From the NCBI GenBank assembly GCA_017508385.1, contig JAFVZB010000008.1, positions 32,848 through 96,847 of the forward strand: DNA of 64,000 bases, given 5' to 3'. A program made the translations under genes and the position numbers. This stretch comes from Lentisphaeria bacterium. Its GTDB lineage: Bacteria; Verrucomicrobiota; Lentisphaeria; Victivallales; Victivallaceae. This document shows positions 19,127-28,082 of this stretch, in pieces. Each line of letters opens with the position of its first letter. Position 1 is the first letter of the stretch. The notes under the pieces are model-generated. The model worked only from the letters and a program-made list of their open reading frames with translations, was not told where the DNA came from and made no database searches.

Positions 19127-20503
19127 TCATTCACCGAAATACTTCTGTTCCATCAGGATATTTTCGATGAGTTTTATTTGTGTTTCCATGAGAGAGGATG
19201 AGTAAATCGATCTCTTTGCACCGATGCCGGATTTTTCCATAGCTTCACCGATAAGTTTATTGGCGGCAAAGAGGTCATCGAGACTCTCTCTGACGTTGAA
19301 GCGTCCCGGAGTGGTCGGCAGCGGAGGCCATCTTGAATCTGAAACGTATGCGCTGGTCACTTTTTTGAGTGCAGCGTCAAGTTCAGGAGTCATGCCGGTG
19401 ACTTTTCTTACGGCGCAAATTCCATCGTAAACCATGCGGCAGACCGGGTCGAAGATGAGAGAATAGCTGGTGTTTGCCCATGCTTTGTAGGTTCCTCCGT
19501 GCCACGCTGCTCCGTTTTCGATGTTGTCGATAAGGGCATTCGGAATAAGCTCTTTTGCGGTCGCAATCACCTGTGCCGGAGTCGAGAGCTCATAGCCGAT
19601 ATTTTTTGCCATATCCAGCAGTGCCTTGAAGCGGACTATCGAATCAGGTTCAGGCTCAAAGAAACGTGCCTGATTGAACTGCTTGACGTAGAAATATGCG
19701 CTGGAACCGATGTACTCGGCATCTTCGGCGTAAGGCATTATGAATTGACCGGTCTGAGCGACACGGGGCTGCCACTTTTCAAACATTTCCTGCAACTCTT
19801 CGATAGCGACCGGTTTTTCACGGTAACCCTCGGTTGCTCCCATGAGATACCAGAGCATCGGGTTAGCCATGCAGTCACTGCGGAACACCATGCGCAGACC
19901 GTTCGGAGCAACGCTTGGATTGGTCAGATACTTGAGGTATTCCGGTTTATCCTTGATGTACTCCTCGATTTTGAAGAGGTGATTCTTGTTGCTGTGACCC
20001 TGCACATCGTATTTGAGTCCGGTAGCCTCACGGATTTCAGGGAATGAGAGGAAGAAGCTGTCAGCATCCATGACCAGATTTTTATAACCTGCCTCTTTGT
20101 ATATCTCGGGCAGGTAGGATGCCCAGCCGCACTCAGGATTCCATCCGGTTTCAGGACGCACTCCGGTATATTTTTCCCACGCATCAAGTCCGTGTTTCAG
20201 AGTGTCGAGTCCGATTTCCGGAGGAACATTGGCGAGCATGACGTGGATGAACGGAGAAGCTACTGCTTCGATCTTACCCTGCTGTACCAGACTCTTGAGC
20301 AGTGCGAGGATATCGGGAGTCTCTTCTGCCATGACTTCCAGAGTTCTTCCGGAAGCCTCGAAGGCAATTTTGTAATCTCTGTCACGCACTGTTTCAAAGA
20401 GCGGAAGGTAACAGTTTTTACATACCCATGCACGTCGTTTGGGGTCGAGCTGCGAATACTGGATATTCGCATGAGGCATAAAAATAACTTGCGGTTTTGA
20501 CAT
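19127..20503 (-). CDS. glycoside hydrolase family 57-like protein
   Basis: VIFMPHAN, GKIEAVASPFIHVML and GWNPECGW...YKNLVMD resemble conserved GH57 regions. Specificity unknown. Confidence 0.55.
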   Translation of the reverse strand: MSKPQVIFMPHANIQYSQLDPKRRAWVCKNCYLPLFETVRDRDYKIAFEASGRTLEVMAEETPDILALLKSLVQQGKIEAVASPFIHVMLANVPPEIGLDTLKHGLDAWEKYTGVRPETGWNPECGWASYLPEIYKEAGYKNLVMDADSFFLSFPEIREATGLKYDVQGHSNKNHLFKIEEYIKDKPEYLKYLTNPSVAPNGLRMVFRSDCMANPMLWYLMGATEGYREKPVAIEELQEMFEKWQPRVAQTGQFIMPYAEDAEYIGSSAYFYVKQFNQARFFEPEPDSIVRFKALLDMAKNIGYELSTPAQVIATAKELIPNALIDNIENGAAWHGGTYKAWANTSYSLIFDPVCRMVYDGICAVRKVTGMTPELDAALKKVTSAYVSDSRWPPLPTTPGRFNVRESLDDLFAANKLIGEAMEKSGIGAKRSIYSSSLMETQIKLIENILMEQKYFGE

Positions 20504-20513
20504 TTTCTTTCTT

Positions 20514-21329
20514 TCAGAAGCTGTATTTGTTAAGGAAATTTATGCTGCGTGCCATTCCATCTCTGACATCAGCTGTTATCTCATATTCTATGAGAGCAGG
20601 ACCACTGTATTTTTTGACGGCGGTTGCGAGCAGATGCCAGTCGAGTCTGCCTTCTCCGCAGGCAACCGGAGTGACTCCTCCGGGAACATCTTTGAAGTCT
20701 TTGAGGTGCATATATTTGATACTGTCGGCAAAGTCAGTGTAGAACTTGACCGGACAGATCGAACCGACTGCGGCAAGGTTTGCCGGGTCATAGCATATTG
20801 AGACACCGGTTTTCAGAATCTCATTCCAGGTATCGACTCTTGTCGTGGTGCTGTTGAAGTGCACAAGTGCTCCGTTTTTGAGGGTGGCAACTCCTCCGTG
20901 AGTCTCGCAGCAGAGGGTGACTTTTTTGCTTGCGGCGTAGTCGTTCACCTCTTTGAGAGCCTTCATCATGGTTTCAAAACGGTCTTCTATCACGACACTG
21001 TCTGAGAGAAATCCGGCAAATATGCGCAGATATTTCACTCCGAGTTTGGAGCAGATGTTGATTACTGATTTTACTTTACCGATTTGTGCAGGCACATCGC
21101 CATCGGTGAAATCGTTTCCGGTGCAGGCGCACTCAAGACGGATATTATATTTGGCAAAAAGTGCTTTTACCTTTTCGATATCCTCATCGCTTGACCAGAC
21201 CTGGAGACGATCACCGGGAGAGCCTGAAATCGATAATTCGAGCAGGTCAACTCCGAGTGATGAGGTGATTTCGAGCTGGCTTTCAAGAGTTTCATTCCTG
21301 AGCCCCCACGCTGCAAGACCAAGATCCAT
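20514..21329 (-). CDS. sugar phosphate isomerase/epimerase (xylose-isomerase-like TIM barrel)
   Basis: Family-typical N-terminus MDLGLAAWGL and ...ETHGG... Start placed at ATG 21329, with GGAGGAG RBS 9 nt upstream and 2 nt after the upstream TAA. Confidence 0.8.
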   Translation of the reverse strand: MDLGLAAWGLRNETLESQLEITSSLGVDLLELSISGSPGDRLQVWSSDEDIEKVKALFAKYNIRLECACTGNDFTDGDVPAQIGKVKSVINICSKLGVKYLRIFAGFLSDSVVIEDRFETMMKALKEVNDYAASKKVTLCCETHGGVATLKNGALVHFNSTTTRVDTWNEILKTGVSICYDPANLAAVGSICPVKFYTDFADSIKYMHLKDFKDVPGGVTPVACGEGRLDWHLLATAVKKYSGPALIEYEITADVRDGMARSINFLNKYSF

Positions 21330-21331
21330 AA

Positions 21332-22381
21332 TTACAGACTCCTCCAGTCGAAGAGAATTTTGAAACACTCCATTCCCTTCTTGTGTTGATATTCAAAAGC
21401 CTCTTTGGCTTTTCCGGCTTCCCAGATTTCGATGGGCAGGTGGCTGGTATCGAACTTGCCCTCGCTCATCCACTGGAGCACCTGAGGTTTGAAACGCCAT
21501 TTGTTGGCGCAGCTCATGGTGATGGTTGCGTGTTTTACGAACCAGTGGTGATAGTGGTCGAATACGAGTTTTTCCGGATAATCGCCCTGCAAGTGGATGT
21601 GACCGGGCGCATCGCTGTTGTCATCAGCCCAGCCTCCGTCTTTGATGTACTGCCAGAGGGTTCCGGGAACAGCGGGATTTCCTGAGCACTCGATGATTTT
21701 ATCGGCTCTCTTGCCGTTGGTGATTTCGAGCAGCTTTTTGATGCCATCCTCATCGGGAGTGATGACGTGGTCGGCATAGAATTTGGCGATCTCCCTGCGG
21801 TACGGATGCGGCTCAACGGCGATGACGGTCACGCCGGGACATTTGATTTTCAATATCTGCATGGCACTGATACCGACCATACCGGCACCGAATACCAGAA
21901 TGTTGTCTCCGGCTCTGAGGTCGAAGAACTCGATTCCTTTTGCCGGAACGGTTGCAAGATAGGCAAGCACAGCCTGCTCATCGGTGACGTTATCCGGAAC
22001 TTTGCACATCGGGTCGCCTGCGCCAAAGGAGTTTTTGGAGTCTTTGTGGCAGAGAAGCGTACCGCCGCCCCATGCTGAACAGACATCCATATAACGGCGG
22101 CACTCATTGATCATGACGCGGTCACCTTTTTTCAGAGTCGGGTCAAAACTGCCTTCCTCGATGACCACACCCATATTTTCATATCCGGGAACGAGGGGAT
22201 ACCAGCACTGCTCGGGATGCTGGAGTCCGTGGAAAGTTTTCATATCCGTTCCGGTGCTGATCGCACTCATATAAGTTTTGCAGACTACTGTATCATCGTG
22301 TTTCGGAGTCAGTGTGACCTCTCTGAAGCTCGCTTCATACGGACGCTCAATGACGGTTGACAATGTTTTGATGCCTGACAT
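21332..22381 (-). CDS. zinc-type MDR alcohol/polyol dehydrogenase
   Basis: GYENMG and VFGAGMVG Rossmann motifs. Start placed at ATG 22381 (GGAGAAAGAA RBS); the 32-codon upstream extension is rejected. Confidence 0.8.
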   Translation of the reverse strand: MSGIKTLSTVIERPYEASFREVTLTPKHDDTVVCKTYMSAISTGTDMKTFHGLQHPEQCWYPLVPGYENMGVVIEEGSFDPTLKKGDRVMINECRRYMDVCSAWGGGTLLCHKDSKNSFGAGDPMCKVPDNVTDEQAVLAYLATVPAKGIEFFDLRAGDNILVFGAGMVGISAMQILKIKCPGVTVIAVEPHPYRREIAKFYADHVITPDEDGIKKLLEITNGKRADKIIECSGNPAVPGTLWQYIKDGGWADDNSDAPGHIHLQGDYPEKLVFDHYHHWFVKHATITMSCANKWRFKPQVLQWMSEGKFDTSHLPIEIWEAGKAKEAFEYQHKKGMECFKILFDWRSL

Positions 22382-22552
22382 TTCTTTCTCCACAGTTAGA
22401 GTTTGTTTTTGTGTTTGTGTTACTATAACAGTACCTTTTCTTTTTTTCAAGTCTTTTTGAAAAAATATCTTCTTCAAGGTGTGGTTTTATTTGACTTTTA
22501 CGGAGTGTGTGGTATGGTTATAAGGATGACATAACGAAAAAAGGTACTTAAA

Positions 22553-23608
22553 ATGCAATACAAACAGCCGGAAATAATTGAAACTCTTGAAAAGAGGATT
22601 GCCGACGGCACATATAAAACGCTTCTTCCGACTTCAAAAATGCTGGCTGAAGAGTTCCGTGTCAATATCAAGACGGTAAACAAAGCGGTTGCCAGACTGG
22701 TTCGCCGCGGATTGGTCGTTCGCAAACGGCATGTCGGAACGCAGGTGGTGAAAAAAGATGAAATATCCGCAAGTGTACCTCAGCTGGTCGAAGTGCTGTA
22801 CGAGGGATTTACTGCCATCTTCACCCATCCCTTCTGGAGTGATATCTGGGATGGTATGGTTTCGGAGCTGTCAAGACACAAGTTCCGTCCGGTGCTCAAT
22901 ATGCTCAATTCCGACCCTGAGACCGGACTTCTTAAAACCGATGATATCTCTCTGCTGCCCGGAATAAGCAAAATCGTTCTCGGAATAAGCGAGGATAGAT
23001 TGCTAAATATGATAAAAAATATGAGTGTTCATTTTATCACCGCCTGCGATAATATAGACGACCCGGATGTGCCCCAAGTCTATTTTGATATGCGTGATGC
23101 CATTTCGGAGGCAGTCGAATATCTGTTCTCTCTCGGATGTTCCAGAATAGCTTTTATCGGTTCGACCGGAAGTCTGGTCAATCCGGGAAATATCCAGAAA
23201 TACCGCAGTTTCATCAAGGCGGTGCAGAAGCGGTGTAAACTTGACTCCAAACTTATCTGCAATATCCGTCCGCTTGCCGGAGCGGGCAGGGCGGCGATGG
23301 AAACTATGCTTGCCCGTACGACCTGTGATGCCGTTTTTGCCGCTTATGACCATCATCTGCCGGATATTTATGAGGTACTTGAAGAGCATGGATTATCACA
23401 CATTCCCGTGATAGGGTGTGACGGACTTGAAATATCAGCAGTTCCGGCAAACCGTTATGCAGTGATATCTCCCCGGAGGGCGTGCGGAGAGCTGTTGGCG
23501 AAAAGTTTTGTTGAGATGATGCAGGGCAGGGATATTCCAAAACAGCAGAGCCTGCGGGCGGGTTTCGGCAGGATGAATGTCAATTCTTCGGGTCAAAAAT
23601 ATCTCTGA
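22553..23608 (+). CDS. transcriptional regulator, GntR-type HTH fused to a LacI/PBP-like sugar-binding domain
   Basis: HTH LPTSKMLAEEFRVNIKTVNKAVARLVRRGLVVRKRHVGTQV followed by a roughly 270-aa periplasmic-binding-protein-like domain. Divergent from the glycosidase operon. Confidence 0.8.
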   Translation: MQYKQPEIIETLEKRIADGTYKTLLPTSKMLAEEFRVNIKTVNKAVARLVRRGLVVRKRHVGTQVVKKDEISASVPQLVEVLYEGFTAIFTHPFWSDIWDGMVSELSRHKFRPVLNMLNSDPETGLLKTDDISLLPGISKIVLGISEDRLLNMIKNMSVHFITACDNIDDPDVPQVYFDMRDAISEAVEYLFSLGCSRIAFIGSTGSLVNPGNIQKYRSFIKAVQKRCKLDSKLICNIRPLAGAGRAAMETMLARTTCDAVFAAYDHHLPDIYEVLEEHGLSHIPVIGCDGLEISAVPANRYAVISPRRACGELLAKSFVEMMQGRDIPKQQSLRAGFGRMNVNSSGQKYL

Positions 23609-24500
23609 GCGCATCGCCGAGGATATTCAGCGCAAGTACGAGGATAAAAAGAAAGCCGGTGGCGGCGGCAAGCTCCCACCATATTCCGCGCCAGAGTTGC
23701 TCCTGACCGTCTGAAATCATCACTCCCCAGCTCGGAGCGTTTTGTACCCCGAAACCGAGATAGCTTACGATAACTTCGAGCATGACTGCTCCGGCAAAGG
23801 TCAGGGTAAAGTAGATTATGACCAGATGGAAAACGTTAGGCAGAATGTGCCGTCTGACGATGGTGAAGTTACCGACTCCGGCAACTTTTGCCGCTTCGAC
23901 ATATGGCATCTTTTTCAACTTCATCGTTTCTGCTCTGACTGTGCGGCACAAAGTCACCCATCCGGTGAGTCCGATGGCGCAGTAAACGGCGAGAGTTCCC
24001 GGCTCGACGTGCAAAACGGCGGAAACCGCTTTTACCGCTCCGAGCAGTGCGGGGGATAAAAAGTTTCTTGATACCAGAAGAGCCAGTGCCAGAATAAAAA
24101 GCAAACTTGGCATGGAAGCGATAGTGCTGTACAGCCATACGGCGATATCATCGGTTCTGCCTCCGAAAAATCCGGCGAGAGCTCCGATAAAGACTCCGAT
24201 AACTGCGGCGATGACTCCTGAGATGACTCCGACTTTGAGAGCGGTGGCACTTGCGGCTGCCGCCCTCAGCAGAACATCGCGTCCCTGATAATCGGTTCCG
24301 AGCAGGTGTTTCAATGACGGCGGAGCATAAACCTCTTCGCTTGCCTGCATGTACGACGGCACACTGTTTGACGCTTCCGAAATCACCGATGTTATTTCAA
24401 AAAAAAGTGCGGCAGCAAGATAGAGCAGCACGACACAAAGGGAAATAACTGCGCTTTTATTGGCACAAAAACGTTTCGCTGTTTCCCTGAGTCTGCTCAT
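23580..24500 (-). CDS. ABC transporter permease, OppC/DppC type
   Basis: LGTDYQGRDV N-terminal motif, YVEAAKVAGVGNFTIVRRHILPN EAA loop, and 6 TM segments. No partner ABC genes in the window. Confidence 0.85.
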   Translation of the reverse strand: MSRLRETAKRFCANKSAVISLCVVLLYLAAALFFEITSVISEASNSVPSYMQASEEVYAPPSLKHLLGTDYQGRDVLLRAAAASATALKVGVISGVIAAVIGVFIGALAGFFGGRTDDIAVWLYSTIASMPSLLFILALALLVSRNFLSPALLGAVKAVSAVLHVEPGTLAVYCAIGLTGWVTLCRTVRAETMKLKKMPYVEAAKVAGVGNFTIVRRHILPNVFHLVIIYFTLTFAGAVMLEVIVSYLGFGVQNAPSWGVMISDGQEQLWRGIWWELAAATGFLFILVLALNILGDALRDIFDPKN

Positions 24501-26353
24501 TTTTCACCGCAGTGTTTCTTCAACAGTACCTGCAAAAGTGCGATATCAGACGGAGTTACTCCATCAATTCTCGAGGCAGCGCCCAGCGTTGCCGGACGGC
24601 GTTTGATGAGTTTCTGCTTTGACTCGTTACTCAGACCGGAAATGTTTTCGTAATCAAAGTCCTGCGGAATCGTCATGTTTTCCAGTCTTGACAGGCGGGA
24701 TATCTGCAAACTTTCACGCTGGAGATATCCGTCATAGTGCGCCTGAATGAGCAGCTCAGCCTTGACCGTTTTTTCTGCTGAGGAAAACTCCGGAAACAAC
24801 TCTTCGGGGAACGGCAGCTTGATATTTTCCAAGTCATCAGGAGTCAGGTGGTTCATGTGCACCAGAAGCGTTTTGCCCTGATATTTTCGGGTCTTGCAAA
24901 GTTCGAGCAGTTCATCGAGTGAGTTTTTCTTTTTGAGGAACGCCTGATATTTGTTCTCAGGCAGTATTCCGGCATCGTATCCCCACTGACAGAGGCGGAG
25001 ATCGGCATTATCCTGACGCAGTGAGAGGCGGTACTCTGCTCTGCTGGTAAATAAACGGTAGGGTTCAACGATCTCTTTTGCGGCAAGGTCATCGAGCATA
25101 ACTCCGATGTAGCAGGTGTCTCTGCCGGGATAAACCGGCTCTTTGCCTGCGGCGAAACGGGCGGCGTTGAGTCCGGCAATCAACCCCTGACCGGCTGCCT
25201 CTTCGTAGCCGCTGGTTCCGTTGATCTGACCGGCGGTAAAGAGATTGTCGTGGAATTTATTTTGAAGTGTGACCGATATCTGTTCCGGAGGAATAAAGTC
25301 ATACTCAATGGCATAGGCGTAACGGGTGATGACGGCATCTCTCATTCCGGGCAGGGTGTGTACCATTTTCTTCTGGACTTCAACAGGAAGACTTGAAGAA
25401 AATCCGTTGATGTAGTATTCGTCAGTCTGAGCTCCCTCGGGTTCGAGGAACAGCAGGTGATAAGGGTGCTGCGGGAAACGGATGATTTTATCCTCGAAAC
25501 TGGGGCAGTATCTGGTTCCCGTACCCTTGATGACTCCGCTGTACATCGGTGAGAGATGGATGTTCTCTTTTACCACATCCCGGGTCTCATCTGTGCTGTG
25601 TATCATGTAGCACGGCAGGTCGTGACGGACTGCTTCGACCAGCTCAGGACGCATTGATTTATCCCAGAACGAGAACTCTTCGGTTCCGGGTTCGGAATCC
25701 TGCAGTTTCATCACTGAGAAATCCAGACTTTTGGCAAGGACTCTCGGAGGAGTTCCGGTTTTCAATCTTCCCAAACGCAGACCAAGCTGATTTATAAGCG
25801 CATCAGAGAGGTGTGAGGCGGGGAAATCGCCGGCTCTGCCGCCGGGAAAGTGAAGCATTCCGTAGTGCAGGAGTCCGTTGAGAAAAGTTCCGGTCGTGAG
25901 TACAACGGTTCTGCCCAGCAGCCTGTCGCCGAACTGATTGGTCACTCCGGCTATTTTTTTACCTTCCATTATGAAGGAAGCAACTTCGCACTGTAAAATA
26001 TCAATGTTTTCGCTCTGCTCAAGCAGCAGTTTCATTCCCCGCTGATAAGCAACTTTGTCGCACTGGGCGCGCGGAGACCAGACCGCCGGACCTTTGGTGC
26101 GGTTCAGCAGCCGGAACTGTATCGATGAGGCTTCGGTCACTATTCCCTGAGCTCCGCCGAGAGCGTCGATCTCACGGACGACCTGACCTTTGGCGATTCC
26201 TCCGATGGCAGGATTACAGCTCATCTGGGCGATGTGGTCGGCGTTTATGGTCGTGAGAAGCACGCTTGCTCCGTACCTTGCGGCGGCAAGTGCGGCTTCG
26301 CATCCGGCATGACCGGCACCGACTACGATCACATCATAGATTTTTTCAGACAT
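24497..26353 (-). CDS. mnmG: tRNA uridine 5-carboxymethylaminomethyl modification enzyme MnmG (GidA)
   Basis: YDVIVVGAGHAGCEAA FAD motif and full-length similarity pattern. Start placed at ATG 26353 (GGGGAGAAG RBS). Confidence 0.97.
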   Translation of the reverse strand: MSEKIYDVIVVGAGHAGCEAALAAARYGASVLLTTINADHIAQMSCNPAIGGIAKGQVVREIDALGGAQGIVTEASSIQFRLLNRTKGPAVWSPRAQCDKVAYQRGMKLLLEQSENIDILQCEVASFIMEGKKIAGVTNQFGDRLLGRTVVLTTGTFLNGLLHYGMLHFPGGRAGDFPASHLSDALINQLGLRLGRLKTGTPPRVLAKSLDFSVMKLQDSEPGTEEFSFWDKSMRPELVEAVRHDLPCYMIHSTDETRDVVKENIHLSPMYSGVIKGTGTRYCPSFEDKIIRFPQHPYHLLFLEPEGAQTDEYYINGFSSSLPVEVQKKMVHTLPGMRDAVITRYAYAIEYDFIPPEQISVTLQNKFHDNLFTAGQINGTSGYEEAAGQGLIAGLNAARFAAGKEPVYPGRDTCYIGVMLDDLAAKEIVEPYRLFTSRAEYRLSLRQDNADLRLCQWGYDAGILPENKYQAFLKKKNSLDELLELCKTRKYQGKTLLVHMNHLTPDDLENIKLPFPEELFPEFSSAEKTVKAELLIQAHYDGYLQRESLQISRLSRLENMTIPQDFDYENISGLSNESKQKLIKRRPATLGAASRIDGVTPSDIALLQVLLKKHCGEK

Positions 26354-26387
26354 CAGAAATGCTTCTCCCCGAAAAGGCTGACGGAAA

Positions 26388-27479
26388 TTATTTTTCCATC
26401 TTGAGATAGGCTTCGATGAAGTCGTCGAGATCTCCATCGAGGACTCCGGTGGTGTCGCTGGTTTCCACCTCGGTTCTCAAATCTTTGACCATCTGATAGG
26501 GGTGCAGAACATAACTGCGTATCTGGCTTCCCCAGCCGTTTTCAGCCTGCTCTCCGCGTGCGGCATCGGCGGCATCTTTGCGCTTTGCCATCTCGAGCTC
26601 GTAGAGTTTGGCTTTCAACATTTTCATTGCGGTCTCACGGTTTTTGTGCTGTGAACGCTCATTCTGACAGCAGACCACGATTCCGGAGGGCTGGTGGGTT
26701 ATTCGCACAGCACTGTCGGTGGTATTGACGTGCTGACCTCCGGCTCCGCTTGAACGGTAGGTGTCGATCCTCAGAGTGCTCTCGTCGATCTCGATGTCGA
26801 TATCGTCATCAAGCTCAGGATAGACCTCGACCGAGCAGAAGCTGGTGTGGCGTCTGGCATTGCTGTCAAAGGGAGAAATACGCACCAGACGGTGGACTCC
26901 GCGCTCTGCCTTGAAGTAACCGAAACCGAAGTCGCCGCAGACGTGCATGGTGGCACTTTTGATTCCGGCTTCGTCGCCTGACTGGAGATCAATAAGCTCA
27001 TCTTTCCATCCTCTGCGCTCGAAATAGCGGCGGTACATGCGGAAGAGCATACTTGCCCAGTCGCAGGATTCCGTGCCGCCGGCACCGGCGTGGATTGAAA
27101 AATAGAAGTTGTTTTTATCGAATTTTCCGGAAAGAAAACTCATGATTTCCAGTTTATCCATCGCCTTTTTCAGGCGTCTGTAATCGATTTCGCACTCAGG
27201 AACAAACTCCTCATCCTCAGCGGCAAGTTCGAGGGCGGCATCGTAATCTTCGATGTTGCTTTCTAGCTGACGGAATGGCTCGATGATGTTGCGGACACTT
27301 GACATCTCGGCAACAGTAGCCTGAGCTGAATCCTTGTCGTTCCAGAAGTCCGGAGCGGACATGGTCTTTTCGATTTCAGCTTTCTTTGCTTCGAGTTCCT
27401 CTATTTTGAGGAAGCCGTAAAGGTGAGTTATCTTCTGGCGCAGTTCGCTTTTGCCCTGCTGGAGTTCATCAATAGTCAT
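26388..27479 (-). CDS. prfB: peptide chain release factor 2, single uninterrupted frame
   Basis: SPF tripeptide (RISPFDS) and GGQ (SGAGGQHVN); 363 aa with no internal frameshift site. Confidence 0.95.
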   Translation of the reverse strand: MTIDELQQGKSELRQKITHLYGFLKIEELEAKKAEIEKTMSAPDFWNDKDSAQATVAEMSSVRNIIEPFRQLESNIEDYDAALELAAEDEEFVPECEIDYRRLKKAMDKLEIMSFLSGKFDKNNFYFSIHAGAGGTESCDWASMLFRMYRRYFERRGWKDELIDLQSGDEAGIKSATMHVCGDFGFGYFKAERGVHRLVRISPFDSNARRHTSFCSVEVYPELDDDIDIEIDESTLRIDTYRSSGAGGQHVNTTDSAVRITHQPSGIVVCCQNERSQHKNRETAMKMLKAKLYELEMAKRKDAADAARGEQAENGWGSQIRSYVLHPYQMVKDLRTEVETSDTTGVLDGDLDDFIEAYLKMEK

Positions 27480-27482
27480 ATC

Positions 27483-28061
27483 TTACCTCAGTTTCCACAT
27501 GTCATCCAGCAGGTGCTGAATGTCGCCGAGACAGCTTCCGCAGGCTCCGCCCGCCTTGCAGTAAGAGGTCACCTCTTCCGCCTTGCGCAGATTGTTTTCT
27601 CTGGCTATTTTAATGATTTTTATATCGGTGATACCGAAACAGCGGCAGACTATCCTGCCTTCGTGCTCGTCATCGTTTTCAAACGGATTGGGCTCGCCTT
27701 TGTAGTTGGCGATGGCGGCGGCAAGAGCCTCCATTCCCATGACGGAACAGTGCATTTTTGCCTCCGGAAGAGTTCCGAGTACGTTGACGATATCCTGATT
27801 GGTGACTTTGGCGGCTTCGTCAATGGTCATGCCCTTGATGAGCTCGGTCAGAGCGGAGCTTGAAGCGATGGCACTGGCACAGCCGAAAGTGCGGAATTTT
27901 ACATCAGCTATTCTGCCGTTTTCGTCAAGTTTGAAAGTGAGTTTCAGCGCATCGCCGCAGGAGGCGTTTCCGACCTCTGCGACTCCATCCGGATTCTCTA
28001 TTTCACCCACGTTGCGGGGATTCATAAAGTGATCCATCACTTTGTCAGTATAGTTCCACAT
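27483..28061 (-). CDS. NifU-like Fe-S scaffold (IscU-like N-domain plus BFD-like [2Fe-2S] domain)
   Basis: NASCGDALK, FGCASAIASSS and CRCFG...CKAGGACGSC motifs; 192 aa. Confidence 0.85.
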   Translation of the reverse strand: MWNYTDKVMDHFMNPRNVGEIENPDGVAEVGNASCGDALKLTFKLDENGRIADVKFRTFGCASAIASSSALTELIKGMTIDEAAKVTNQDIVNVLGTLPEAKMHCSVMGMEALAAAIANYKGEPNPFENDDEHEGRIVCRCFGITDIKIIKIARENNLRKAEEVTSYCKAGGACGSCLGDIQHLLDDMWKLR

Positions 28062-28082
28062 ATATAAATTCTCCTTTATTCG

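Noticed and set aside
22382-22477. 32-codon extension of the MDR dehydrogenase. Similar upstream extensions are at 21330-21368 (isomerase), 33767-33808 (hom), 53138-53158 (addB-like), 58342-58416 (DUF3842), 58945-58995 (pseudopilin 2), 59646-59807 (DUF1893), 62774-62839 and 63108-63137.
   Set aside because: In each case an internal ATG with a good Shine-Dalgarno sequence gives a family-typical N-terminus or signal peptide. The extensions overlap upstream genes or promoters.
26354-26437. 28-codon N-terminal extension of mnmG that overlaps the prfB 3' end.
   Set aside because: The internal ATG 26353 has a GGGGAGAAG RBS and gives the canonical N-terminus (MSEKIYDVIVVGAGHAG). The extension has no counterpart in MnmG proteins.
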